Notes under the pieces: model-generated
What the model was told of the DNA's origin: nothing
What the model saw: the letters and a program-made list of their open reading frames with translations, nothing else
Databases searched by the model: none
Origin: Candidatus Gastranaerophilales bacterium
GTDB taxonomy: Bacteria; Cyanobacteriota; Vampirovibrionia; Gastranaerophilales; Gastranaerophilaceae
Direction: 5' to 3'
Length of the DNA: 63,245 nucleotides
Assembly: GCA_905236775.1 (NCBI GenBank)
Contig: CAJOOM010000175.1
Coordinates: forward strand, 1-63,245
Position numbers and translations under genes: made by a program
Part shown: in pieces, positions 1-8,818 of the stretch
Layout of the letters: each line of letters begins with the position of its first letter
Numbering within the stretch: the first letter of the stretch is position 1

Positions 1-10
1 ACAACAAAAA

Positions 11-83
11 AGCGGACGACGAGACTCGAACTCGCGACAGTCTGCTTGGAAGGCAGATACTCTACCAACTGAGCTACGTCCGC
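11..83 (-). tRNA. tRNA-Gly(TCC)
   Basis: Reverse complement GCGGACG-TA-GCTC...GAGT, anticodon arm TCTGC-CT-TCC-AA-GCAGA, T-arm GCGAG-TTCGAGT-CTCGT, acceptor CGTCCGC-T; CCA not encoded. Confidence 0.95.
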
Positions 84-187
84 TTATATTATTATTCTGT
101 TTTCAAATGTTTTGCTCAGTCGGTAGAGTATATCTATATACACTGGTAACCCTTCTGAGACTCTGCGTTTATAGCTAATGACCCGCT

Positions 188-370
188 GGGGCAACTGAGC
201 TACGTCCGCTTAATGTAATTATTTAATTGTCAAACCGTGTTAACGGCTCCGTTCCATCAACCTGCTCGTCTTGTCATTCAACAAGCCGACACCGTTGATG
301 TCACTCCGTCGGGCTTCGCCCTCCTTGCCTTACCGCTCGCCGCGGGGCAACTGAGCTACGTCCGCTTAAT
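188..370 (-). repeat. Two extra copies (188-214, 344-370) of the tRNA-Gly 5' end
   Basis: Identical 27-mers GGGGCAACTGAGCTACGTCCGCTTAAT; the core CAACTGAGCTACGTCCGCTTA also covers the tRNA 5' end (66-86). Confidence 0.9.
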
Positions 371-494
371 ACGTATATTAAACATCAAACAAAAAAACTT
401 TTCAAGATTTCTTATACAAATATTTTGCTATAATTTACATTCTTAAAAAAAACATTTATATCTGGTATAATTAGGATAATTCAAGGAGATTTTA

Positions 495-1430
495 ATGAAA
501 AATTATTCAAATAAGATTGCAATAACTACCGGAGACCCAAACGGAATAGGTACTGAAATTACAATAAAAGCTTTAAATATGCTTAATATTCCGCCAAGAG
601 ATATTGTAATAATTTCAAACTCCAAAGTTTTAAATTCATATGGAACATTAAATAACAATTATGAAATTATTGAAGTTGATTATGATTCTAAAGTTAGGGC
701 TGGAGAGGTTTCTGCAAGTGCCGGTGATTTTTCTTTTCGATTACTCGAAAAAGCATGCCAAATAAAGCCGAAATTTTTAGTCACAGCGCCAACATCAAAA
801 GAAGCTATGAATCTGGGAGGACATAAATTTAGCGGACAAACCGAAGTTTTGGAAAAGTTTCTTGCGCACGACGGACAGAGAGCGGAGATGCTATTTGTGT
901 CAAAAGACTTGCGCATACTTCTATTAACAAGGCACTTACCACTAAAGGATGTTCCTAAAAAACTTACAAAAGCACTGATTATTGAAAAAGTTGAAAGACT
1001 AAGATTTTATTTTCAAAACAAGTTATATATTAATAAACCATCATTTGCCCTTTGTGCTTTAAATCCTCACGCAGGTGAGAACGGTTTAATAGGGAACGAA
1101 GAAGAAAGTATCATGCTCCCTGCAATTGAAGCAATAAGAAACAGAGGCATAAATATTACAAATCCGCTTCCGGCTGATACTCTTTTTACAAACGGAGTTC
1201 AAAAATATCTTAGAGGTGAAAAAGTTCCTTATGATTGTTATATCGCATGTTATCACGATCAAGGATTAATACCTATTAAGTCTGTAGCATCCGAAAAAAC
1301 TGTTAACATGACAATCGGACTTGATATTATTCGCACATCACCAAGCCACGGAACAGCATTTGATATTGCCGGAAAAAATATTGCGAACCCAGAATCAATG
1401 ATTGAAGCGATTAAATATTGTCTGTATTGA
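495..1430 (+). CDS. pdxA: 4-hydroxythreonine-4-phosphate dehydrogenase
   Basis: TGDPNGIG, LNPHAGE, YHDQGLIP and RTSPSHGTAFDIAGK motifs; SD AAGGAG. Confidence 0.9.
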   Translation: MKNYSNKIAITTGDPNGIGTEITIKALNMLNIPPRDIVIISNSKVLNSYGTLNNNYEIIEVDYDSKVRAGEVSASAGDFSFRLLEKACQIKPKFLVTAPTSKEAMNLGGHKFSGQTEVLEKFLAHDGQRAEMLFVSKDLRILLLTRHLPLKDVPKKLTKALIIEKVERLRFYFQNKLYINKPSFALCALNPHAGENGLIGNEEESIMLPAIEAIRNRGINITNPLPADTLFTNGVQKYLRGEKVPYDCYIACYHDQGLIPIKSVASEKTVNMTIGLDIIRTSPSHGTAFDIAGKNIANPESMIEAIKYCLY

Positions 1431-1434
1431 TATT

Positions 1435-2040
1435 TTAAAGATAGCGATTATGCAATTTTTCCCAGCCAACAGTTGTTGTTTGACCGTGTCCCGGTAAGAT
1501 TTCAATATTTTCGGGCAATGTAAAAATTTTTGTTTCTATACTTTCAACAATTTGGTTAAAATCTCCTCCCTCAAGATCGCACCGTCCTACAGCCTCTTTA
1601 AAAATGGTATCTCCGGAAAATAGTTTATCTTCAACTAAATAACAAACTCCGCCTTGAGTGTGTCCAGGAGTATGAATCACTTTAATGTTTATATTTCCAA
1701 CATTTAAAACGTCACCGTCTTTAACAAAAATATCAATTTTTGGAATTGATATTTCAGGAATTCCAAACATCGGCAAATAATTGTTAGTCTGTTTTAGAAT
1801 CGGTAAATCATTCTCGTGCATAACAATTTTTGCATCAGTCGGTCTTATTCCGGCAACATGATCAAAATGTCCATGCGTAAGCAATATATATTTTAATTCC
1901 GCTCCAAGTTCTGCTAATGCTTCTTTTATCTTAATATCATTAGATGAATAATCTACAATAAAAGCTTCTTTTGTATTTTCATCTATTACCAAATAATTAT
2001 TATTATCTATTGGCGGTTCTCTAAAGGTTTTTATTATCAT
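1435..2040 (-). CDS. MBL-fold metallo-hydrolase (glyoxalase II-like)
   Basis: THGHFDH, HTPGHT, SGD and PGHG motifs. Confidence 0.9.
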   Translation of the reverse strand: MIIKTFREPPIDNNNYLVIDENTKEAFIVDYSSNDIKIKEALAELGAELKYILLTHGHFDHVAGIRPTDAKIVMHENDLPILKQTNNYLPMFGIPEISIPKIDIFVKDGDVLNVGNINIKVIHTPGHTQGGVCYLVEDKLFSGDTIFKEAVGRCDLEGGDFNQIVESIETKIFTLPENIEILPGHGQTTTVGWEKLHNRYL

Positions 2041-2101
2041 AAATCCATTCTAACGCAAACATAAGAATTAAGCTCCTCCACGATTCCACCCCCCATTTAC
2101 A

Positions 2102-2157
2102 CTAAACTGAGTAGATTGGCTTTACTTCGTGAAGTATATTTACCCCTCTTTTTTCAC
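2102..2157 (+). repeat. About 55-bp hairpin repeat, family A
   Basis: TAAACTGAG...CTTCGT...TATTTACCCCTCTTTTTTCA matches the units at 18214-18370 and the reverse complement of about 58043-58090. Confidence 0.7.
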
Positions 2158-2349
2158 TGAGCGAAGTTGCTCTCGCAACGCATTAGTGTAACCACTACTT
2201 ACCTCTTAGCCACAATCTACAATTGGACTAAAACTGATGAAAGGCGGATTGCGAGCAGAGTGCGGAGGATTTTCTCAACAGAAACTTAGTTTCTGAAGAA
2301 AAAATCCGAAGACACGTTTAATGCGAGCAACCAAGCAGAGGTAGTTGCT

Positions 2350-2424
2350 ATGATTGACAAAATAATAATGCTATCACTAGCTTTATCGATACTAGCAATA
2401 GCATTAAACTTATTTACATCATAG
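2350..2424 (+). CDS. 24-aa hydrophobic peptide MIDKIIMLSLALSILAIALNLFTS, candidate type I toxin
   Basis: Translated manually; SD-like AGAGGT upstream; ORF folds into a long hairpin; anti-SD sequences upstream and downstream. Confidence 0.55.
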   Translation: MIDKIIMLSLALSILAIALNLFTS

Positions 2425-2630
2425 CGGGGATTATACGGCACCTTAAGCAAGTGCCACCCTACTTCTATTATTATTTACCATTTTGCATCATTTATCAACT
2501 TTTTACCTCAGTCCTTGCAAGAGTTGCAAAGTTAAAGCCGGGGTTTGGTTGGCTGTTGCAAGCAGGGTTGCGGAAGCTTGTTGGAGGAGGGGTAAATAAA
2601 TTGGGCTGGAAGTAAATCATCTAAACTAAC

Positions 2631-2860
2631 TTTCCATTTTCAATTTTCCATTTTCCACTGAATAAACCTATTGCATGACTTGCATGCAAAAAGAATCAAA
2701 AAGCTGGATTCTTCGTCGAGCAATTCGTTGCCCTCCTCAGAAAGACAACTTCGTGTGTGCTTAACGCTTGACTGCTTTAAACCAACTTTCCACTGAAGAA
2801 TTCCACTTTCAACTTTCCACTTTCCATTTTCCACTGAAGAATTCCATTTTCCATTTTCAA
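2631..2860. repeat. Heptamer tandem repeats TTTCCA[C/T]/TTTCAA[C/T] (two blocks)
   Basis: Visible at 2631-2658 and about 2785-2860. Confidence 0.85.
2702..2749 (-). repeat. REP-like palindromic element, family C
   Basis: Ends AGCTGGATTCTTCG and CCTCAGAAAGACAAC are shared with the reverse complement of 14475-14549. Confidence 0.75.
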
Positions 2861-2919
2861 TTGAGAAATTCCGCGTAAAGTGCTTGAAGAAAGGCTCATA
2901 GAGTCTACCCCCCCCCTAA

Positions 2920-2965
2920 ATTTACCCCCATATTTACCCCTATATTTACCCCTTTATTTACCCCT
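2920..2965. repeat. 12-bp-period tandem repeat with ATTTACCCC core
   Basis: Four units; the core recurs near 50203-50221 and, inverted, at 58032-58053. Confidence 0.8.
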
Positions 2966-3997
2966 TTATTTTTCTTCTCTAGCTTTTTTGAGTAAGGCAT
3001 CATCATTTGCGTGTTCTGCAAGCGGAGACGGTATAAATAAATCTAAATACCTTCTGATTGCATATTGGTCTGTCATACCTGAAATATAATCTGTAACTAT
3101 TTGCGGAATCTCATCAGGAGCATAACAAGATTGCAACATTTCTGTATAATATTCAAATAACGATTTAATAATATTTCGGGCTTTCTTTTCTTCTGCTTTT
3201 GCAACAGGGTCAAGATATACATTGTCAAACATCCATGTTCTTAACTTTGTAACATAAAACCAACCCTCTTCAGACATTTCTACACTTGGTTTATCTGTAG
3301 AATTTGTAATAACATCCGTAATCATTTTTCCAAGTCTCGTAGACTGATTGGAGGTAAAATATTGTACACAATCCTTAGGTAAATCGTCTTCTGATATAAT
3401 TCCGGCGCGTACAGAATCTTCTATATCGTGATTTATATATGCTATTTTGTCAGCATATTGTACAATTTGGGCTTCCGGTGTTTTTGGTTTGTAGCCCCAG
3501 GTATGTGTTAAAATCCCATCTATTACTTCTTGACAAAGATTCATATCTTCTAAGATTTCTACCACCCTTACAGATTGGAGATTATGATGAAAACCATTCG
3601 GAAGCAATGAATCCAGAGTTGATTCACCACAGTGACCGAATGCTGTATGCCCCAAATCGTGACCTAAAGATATAGCCTCAACTAAATCCTCATTTAACCT
3701 CAAAGCTCTTGCCATAGTTCTGCCGATTTGAGAGACTTCTAATGTATGCGTTAATCTGGTTCTAAAATGATCATTGTAGGGAGACAAAAAAACTTGAGTT
3801 TTGTGCTTTAAACGCCTAAAAGATTTTGAATGAAGAATTTTATCTCTGTCCCTTTGAAATTCAGTTCGTATTTCAAACTTATCTTCTCGCGGTCTTTTTC
3901 TGCCTTTAGATTCCTTACATTTTGTTGCATAGGGACTTAAGAAATTATATTCTCTTTCTTCTAATTGTTCTTTTATACTTTTTAATTGGGTATCCAT
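2966..3997 (-). CDS. dgt: dGTP triphosphohydrolase-like HD protein
   Basis: FQRDRD, RRLKHKTQV, RTRLTHTLEV, GHDLGH and DYISGMTD; start moved to ATG 3997. Confidence 0.9.
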   Translation of the reverse strand: MDTQLKSIKEQLEEREYNFLSPYATKCKESKGRKRPREDKFEIRTEFQRDRDKILHSKSFRRLKHKTQVFLSPYNDHFRTRLTHTLEVSQIGRTMARALRLNEDLVEAISLGHDLGHTAFGHCGESTLDSLLPNGFHHNLQSVRVVEILEDMNLCQEVIDGILTHTWGYKPKTPEAQIVQYADKIAYINHDIEDSVRAGIISEDDLPKDCVQYFTSNQSTRLGKMITDVITNSTDKPSVEMSEEGWFYVTKLRTWMFDNVYLDPVAKAEEKKARNIIKSLFEYYTEMLQSCYAPDEIPQIVTDYISGMTDQYAIRRYLDLFIPSPLAEHANDDALLKKAREEK

Positions 3998-4170
3998 ACA
4001 AAAATTATACAAAATTCAATTAATTTGTAACTACACTAAAAGTAGTATTTAACAACACATTTACGTTTAAAAAAAAAATTAATATATCAAAAACTAACTC
4101 TTTAATATCTTTTGCCAAGTTGTATTTTGTAGGCAGATATTGTATTATTAATTTAAGGGAGAGAATGCTT

Positions 4171-4887
4171 ATGGAATTGTTTAATCCGGATTTTATAATA
4201 AGATTATTTGCTGCTTTAATTATGGGATTTGCATTAGGATTGGAAAGAGAACTCACAAATAAATATGCAGGTCTTAGGACACATATTTTGGTATGTTTGG
4301 GGGCTTGTGTTTTTACTTTACTCTCAATATACGGATTTCCAACATTTGCGGACGGAGATAACGTTATTGTCAGTCAAGCCACAGGAGTTAGAGACACAGC
4401 CAGAATTGCAGCACAAATAGTTACAGGTATAGGTTTTATAGGTGCAGGTACGGTTCTTAGAAATGGTCCTATGGTATTTGGACTTACTACGGCAGCTACA
4501 TTATGGATTGCAGCAAGCATTGGTATGGCTTGTGGTGCCGGGATGTTTGATGTTGCAATTGTATCGACTGTAATAAGTGTAGCAGTATTAACTCTTATAA
4601 GAATTTTTGAAAAGCAAATATTGCCAACAAGCGCTAAACAAGCAAAAAGATTTAAAATTATTATCTATTGTGATAATGAAGATGTTAAAAAAATATATGA
4701 ATACATAACTTCAAAAGTTGATGATATGAGAGATTTCACCTCAAAAAAACTTATTGAAAATATTCAAAAATCTAAAATTACAACATCATTTGAATTGTGC
4801 AATAAGAAAATGATTAATGAAATTTATAAAGATTTAAGTAATATGGCAGATAGTGATTCTATATCATTACAGGAAATGAATGATTAA
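4171..4887 (+). CDS. MgtC/SapB family membrane protein
   Basis: GLERE...AGLRTH, RIAAQIVTGIGFIGAG, GLTTAA; start chosen after SD-like AAGGGAG. Confidence 0.9.
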   Translation: MELFNPDFIIRLFAALIMGFALGLERELTNKYAGLRTHILVCLGACVFTLLSIYGFPTFADGDNVIVSQATGVRDTARIAAQIVTGIGFIGAGTVLRNGPMVFGLTTAATLWIAASIGMACGAGMFDVAIVSTVISVAVLTLIRIFEKQILPTSAKQAKRFKIIIYCDNEDVKKIYEYITSKVDDMRDFTSKKLIENIQKSKITTSFELCNKKMINEIYKDLSNMADSDSISLQEMND

Positions 4888-6208
4888 AGAAAAGAAAAAA
4901 AACAGAGTTGATAAAAAAGAAGAATTAAAAAAAGAGTTATTAGCATACATGAGGACTGCTTGTATAGCATTTTTAGTTGGAACTCTAATTGCTGTCCTTT
5001 TATCATTTCACGCAAGAAGTGAAATGATAAAGAATTTGTACGAAAATAAAGAAGAAAAATCTATTATAGAAAGGCAAATTGCACAACAGATTGTTTCTAA
5101 AACTGATTTTATAAAATCATTAAATGGTAAAAATTATGCTATTTGTATGAAAGTCGGACAACTTTATGAAACGGCAGGAGAATATCAAAAAGCAGAATAT
5201 GCATATCATCTTGCTTTGCAAAAAGTAAAAGATAAAATTTATACTCCATACTACAGACTCATAGTAGTATATATTGCACAAGATAAAGTTGATGATGCTG
5301 AAAAATTAATTTCTCAAATACATGACTCAAATAATTTAAACTTAATTCTTGTAAAAACTCGCTCTTATATTGTATTGGGTGACAAATATTATTCAGAAAA
5401 TAAATTTTTAAAAGCTGCATCGAACTATGAAAAAGCAATGTACTATTATTCAAGACTAAAAAAACAAGACAAGATTGTATTAAAATCGATTAAACAAAGA
5501 TTAATAGATTCATATAGAGAAGCTGCTACAGTAATCATTAAGTATGGATACAATTCTGATGCAGTAAGATTCTTAAAAAAAGCTCTCAAATATGATCCGA
5601 ATAATGACGATATAAAATACAGACTTGCAATTGTTTATGCAGATTTAGATCCGATAAAATCCGTAGAATACTTTGAAAAATTAACAAAACAGATTCCTCA
5701 AAATATAGATTACAATGTTTATTCCAGAGCTTTGATGAAAGCTGCAAATATAGAAGATATTAAAGGTAACGGAACTAAAGCTAAATACTACAGGTATAAA
5801 GTTCATTCATTGGAGTTATTTGTTAATAACAAAGTTGTGTACAAAGATGACATTGATATCTTTTTAGATTCTTTTGAAATAAAGAAAACATTATTTAAAT
5901 ATAGGTTAAATGCAAATTTTAGATTTAGGAATAATTCAGCAAACACTATATATAAAATGACAACTGAATTCATATTAAGACAAGGTAATAAAGAGAAAGA
6001 AAAAATCGTATTAAAGAATATTAATAAAAATAATCCGTTTTTCTCAAATGGCGGAGAATTAAAAAATATTGAAATCGAAATGGGCAAAAATATTTATACT
6101 AAACGAGAACTTGACAAATATTATATAGACATTTTTATGTACAAAGATCCTCAATATAAAACACTTGTAGGTACATTTAAACTTCCTGACAAAAATATAG
6201 GTGAATAA
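4880..6208 (+). CDS. Membrane-anchored TPR protein
   Basis: N-terminal hydrophobic helix followed by TPR-like repeats. Confidence 0.7.
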   Translation: MIKEKKKNRVDKKEELKKELLAYMRTACIAFLVGTLIAVLLSFHARSEMIKNLYENKEEKSIIERQIAQQIVSKTDFIKSLNGKNYAICMKVGQLYETAGEYQKAEYAYHLALQKVKDKIYTPYYRLIVVYIAQDKVDDAEKLISQIHDSNNLNLILVKTRSYIVLGDKYYSENKFLKAASNYEKAMYYYSRLKKQDKIVLKSIKQRLIDSYREAATVIIKYGYNSDAVRFLKKALKYDPNNDDIKYRLAIVYADLDPIKSVEYFEKLTKQIPQNIDYNVYSRALMKAANIEDIKGNGTKAKYYRYKVHSLELFVNNKVVYKDDIDIFLDSFEIKKTLFKYRLNANFRFRNNSANTIYKMTTEFILRQGNKEKEKIVLKNINKNNPFFSNGGELKNIEIEMGKNIYTKRELDKYYIDIFMYKDPQYKTLVGTFKLPDKNIGE

Positions 6209-6219
6209 TAAATTCGGAA

Positions 6220-7080
6220 TTATTTTTCAAGAACTTTTGTATCTCCCCATTTATAAACTTTATTACCGGCAACAAATACACCATTAATAAGCGCACGAGC
6301 ATTTATATGTTCATGACTTCCCACAATGTGCATTTTTTGTTTGTTAAATTTTTCCTTTGCTTCAACTGTTCTCTTTTGTACTGCTCTATATTCCTCCAGT
6401 GTCATCATTCGTTTTTGCATAACAATATTATTTGAAGTTTTTTGTGTTTTTTGGGGTTTTATTTTTTGTGGACTTTGAGTTTTAGCAGTATTTTGTGTAA
6501 TTGTCATCTTAATATTTTTAGTCGGATTGTCATTTTGTGCTTTAGGCGGATTTTTTTTGATAGGATTGCTTATTAAATGTTCCGGTGTATTGAATATATA
6601 ACTGTTTGCTTTTTCTCCGTAATTCTGAAGAGAATTCGCACTATCACAATTACGTTGTGGTATATCACAGCTTATGTTATTTGCATCATCGATTTCTGGA
6701 TGTACATCTTCAACTATTTTGCCTTTATTTTCACTCTCTTTATCTATTTTTTTGTTTAAGTCATATTCGTTATTATTGAGAACAATTTGGTAGTCTGAAA
6801 GTTCCGGCTGATTGTTTACCATTTTAAACAATAAACAAACGCTACCTGATAAAATATCATTTTTAAAATTGATATTTATGCTATTTGAACTGCAATTGAA
6901 ATTGGTTATGCTAACAGCATTTTGTAATTCTTTAATATTATTAATTACACCTATAAAATAGCGCATTATCATAGGAGAAATAGCGCATATTGTTCTAAAC
7001 ATACCGTTTATTAAAACATTATTACCCATATATTCTCCATCTATGATAATTTTGCTTTTTTTCTGCATAACGTGTTCCAT
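6220..7080 (-). CDS. Hypothetical protein
   Basis: 286-aa ORF with a sigma28-like promoter upstream. Confidence 0.7.
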   Translation of the reverse strand: MEHVMQKKSKIIIDGEYMGNNVLINGMFRTICAISPMIMRYFIGVINNIKELQNAVSITNFNCSSNSININFKNDILSGSVCLLFKMVNNQPELSDYQIVLNNNEYDLNKKIDKESENKGKIVEDVHPEIDDANNISCDIPQRNCDSANSLQNYGEKANSYIFNTPEHLISNPIKKNPPKAQNDNPTKNIKMTITQNTAKTQSPQKIKPQKTQKTSNNIVMQKRMMTLEEYRAVQKRTVEAKEKFNKQKMHIVGSHEHINARALINGVFVAGNKVYKWGDTKVLEK

Positions 7081-7093
7081 TCTTGTATTTTAT

Positions 7094-7120
7094 ATATAGA
7101 CAATTTGTTTTTAAACTTTA
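7094..7120 (-). promoter_or_regulatory. Sigma28-like promoter
   Basis: TAAAGTTT-N11-GTCTATAT (consensus TAAAGTTT-N11-GCCGATAA). Confidence 0.45.
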
Positions 7121-7255
7121 ACAGAATCTCAATTTTTATGAAATACTGCAATATTTACTCCAAATAGAGTAGTAATATGTTATTTTTATTGAGTTTTATT
7201 TTTAAATTTGATATACTTATACCATAAGAGTTAGTTTATATAAAGAGGAAGTTTT

Positions 7256-8131
7256 ATGAGTAATATTATTATCTATGCAACAAAACCTATTGCAGAGTTG
7301 CAATCAGCACTTGAGAATATCAATGAAGCAGAAGTAAAAACAGTATCTATTGACCAAATAAAAGACTATGCGAATTTTAATCCGTCATTAATTATTGTAG
7401 AAGATATTGACAAAGTCCGCGATGTTCTTATGACAAATAAATTTCCATGTCCAATCTTATTTTTTGGGAATACAAGAACAGATGTAACGGTTAGAGCTGA
7501 AGGATATGATTTTATTCGTAATCCTATTGGCAATATTGACGAATTTATTGTTCGGGCAAAAACTCTTCTCAAAATAAAAGAGTATAAAGACAAAGTAGAA
7601 ATGGTTTCAACAACCGATGAATTAACAGAATTACATAACAGAAAATATCTTCAAGAACGTTTAGAAGAGGAAATCTCTCGTTCAAGACGATACGGAACAA
7701 AATTATCTTGTATTTTATTTGATTTGGATTTCTTTAAGGTCGTAAACGATATGTACGGTTATGAATGGGGTGATATTCTATTAAGAAATATTGCCAATAA
7801 ACTTAGTGCAATGGCGAGAAAAGAAGATATTGTTACCCGATATGGCGATGAAGAATTTTTACTTGTGCTTCCGAATACTTCAGAAGAAAACGCATTTTTG
7901 TTTGCTGAAAGATTCAGAAGAGAAGTGGAAAAAATGGAATTTATTCCGGCAGGCGAAGAAGAAGCTCATAGAGTCACAATTTCAGGCGGAATCTCAACTT
8001 ACCCTTGCATGAAAGATGTTGATGAAGATGCAAATACAGTGATTCGTTACGCAGAACATGCACTTTACAATGCTAAACATAGAGGCAAAAATAAAATTAT
8101 TCAATTCTCACAAATTAATTTAGAAATGTAA
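7256..8131 (+). CDS. GGDEF-domain protein with degenerate GDEEF site and receiver-like N-terminus
   Basis: DELTELHNR, DLDFFKVVND, RKED...RYGDEEF, ALYNAK. Confidence 0.85.
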   Translation: MSNIIIYATKPIAELQSALENINEAEVKTVSIDQIKDYANFNPSLIIVEDIDKVRDVLMTNKFPCPILFFGNTRTDVTVRAEGYDFIRNPIGNIDEFIVRAKTLLKIKEYKDKVEMVSTTDELTELHNRKYLQERLEEEISRSRRYGTKLSCILFDLDFFKVVNDMYGYEWGDILLRNIANKLSAMARKEDIVTRYGDEEFLLVLPNTSEENAFLFAERFRREVEKMEFIPAGEEEAHRVTISGGISTYPCMKDVDEDANTVIRYAEHALYNAKHRGKNKIIQFSQINLEM

Positions 8132-8158
8132 TTAATACATATTTTCGGATAAAATATA

Positions 8159-8818
8159 ATGAATAATAATTTATGCATAGTAAGTGATTTTGACGGAACA
8201 ATAACCGAACGCGACGGACTGTATACATTTATCCAAATGTATGCTGTAGGTGATTGGGAAAAAATTGAACAAGAATGGGCAGAGGGAAAAATAAATTCTA
8301 AAGAATGTTTAATTGAAGAATTTAAACTTATCCCTAACTTATCAGAACAATTAATAGATGAATTTGTAAAAATATTGAAAATTGATGAATATTTTATCGA
8401 ATTTTACAATCGAATTAAACATAACAACATAGATTTTTATATTGTAAGTGACGGAATTGATTATTTTATAGATAGAATTTTGTATAAATACGGCTTAGAA
8501 AATATAAAAATTGTATCGAATCACGGAGAATTTGTTAATGGTAAATTTGTTATTACATTTCCAAATGATAACACTGAGTGCAAAAATAATGCCGGAACTT
8601 GCAAGTGCAAGATTCTTGAAAACTTAAGAAATAAATATTCAAAAATCTGTTATATTGGTGACGGAGTTTCTGATTATTGCGTTGCTGATAAAGCAGATGT
8701 ACTTTTTGCTAAATCCAGATTGGCAAAATATGCAAAAGAACATAATATTGAATATATACCGTATAAAAATTTTAGTTCAATTACGAACCATTATTCTTCA
8801 TGCGGTTCAATTGCTTGA
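8159..8818 (+). CDS. MtnX-like HAD-IB phosphatase
   Basis: DFDGT, VSDG, CKC, GDGVSD. Confidence 0.8.
   Translation: MNNNLCIVSDFDGTITERDGLYTFIQMYAVGDWEKIEQEWAEGKINSKECLIEEFKLIPNLSEQLIDEFVKILKIDEYFIEFYNRIKHNNIDFYIVSDGIDYFIDRILYKYGLENIKIVSNHGEFVNGKFVITFPNDNTECKNNAGTCKCKILENLRNKYSKICYIGDGVSDYCVADKADVLFAKSRLAKYAKEHNIEYIPYKNFSSITNHYSSCGSIA

Noticed and set aside
67-370. CRISPR array or tRNA intron
   Set aside because: The repeat is the tRNA 5' end, spacers are over 100 nt, no cas genes are present, and the tRNA at 11-83 is uninterrupted
237-446. 69-aa ORF
   Set aside because: GTG start without SD; runs antisense through the tRNA-derived repeat and REP-like hairpins
2640-3089. ORFs MENGKWKVES... 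and ...LPPYLPLYLPLY...
   Set aside because: Translations of the heptamer and 12-mer repeats; the second is also antisense to dgt
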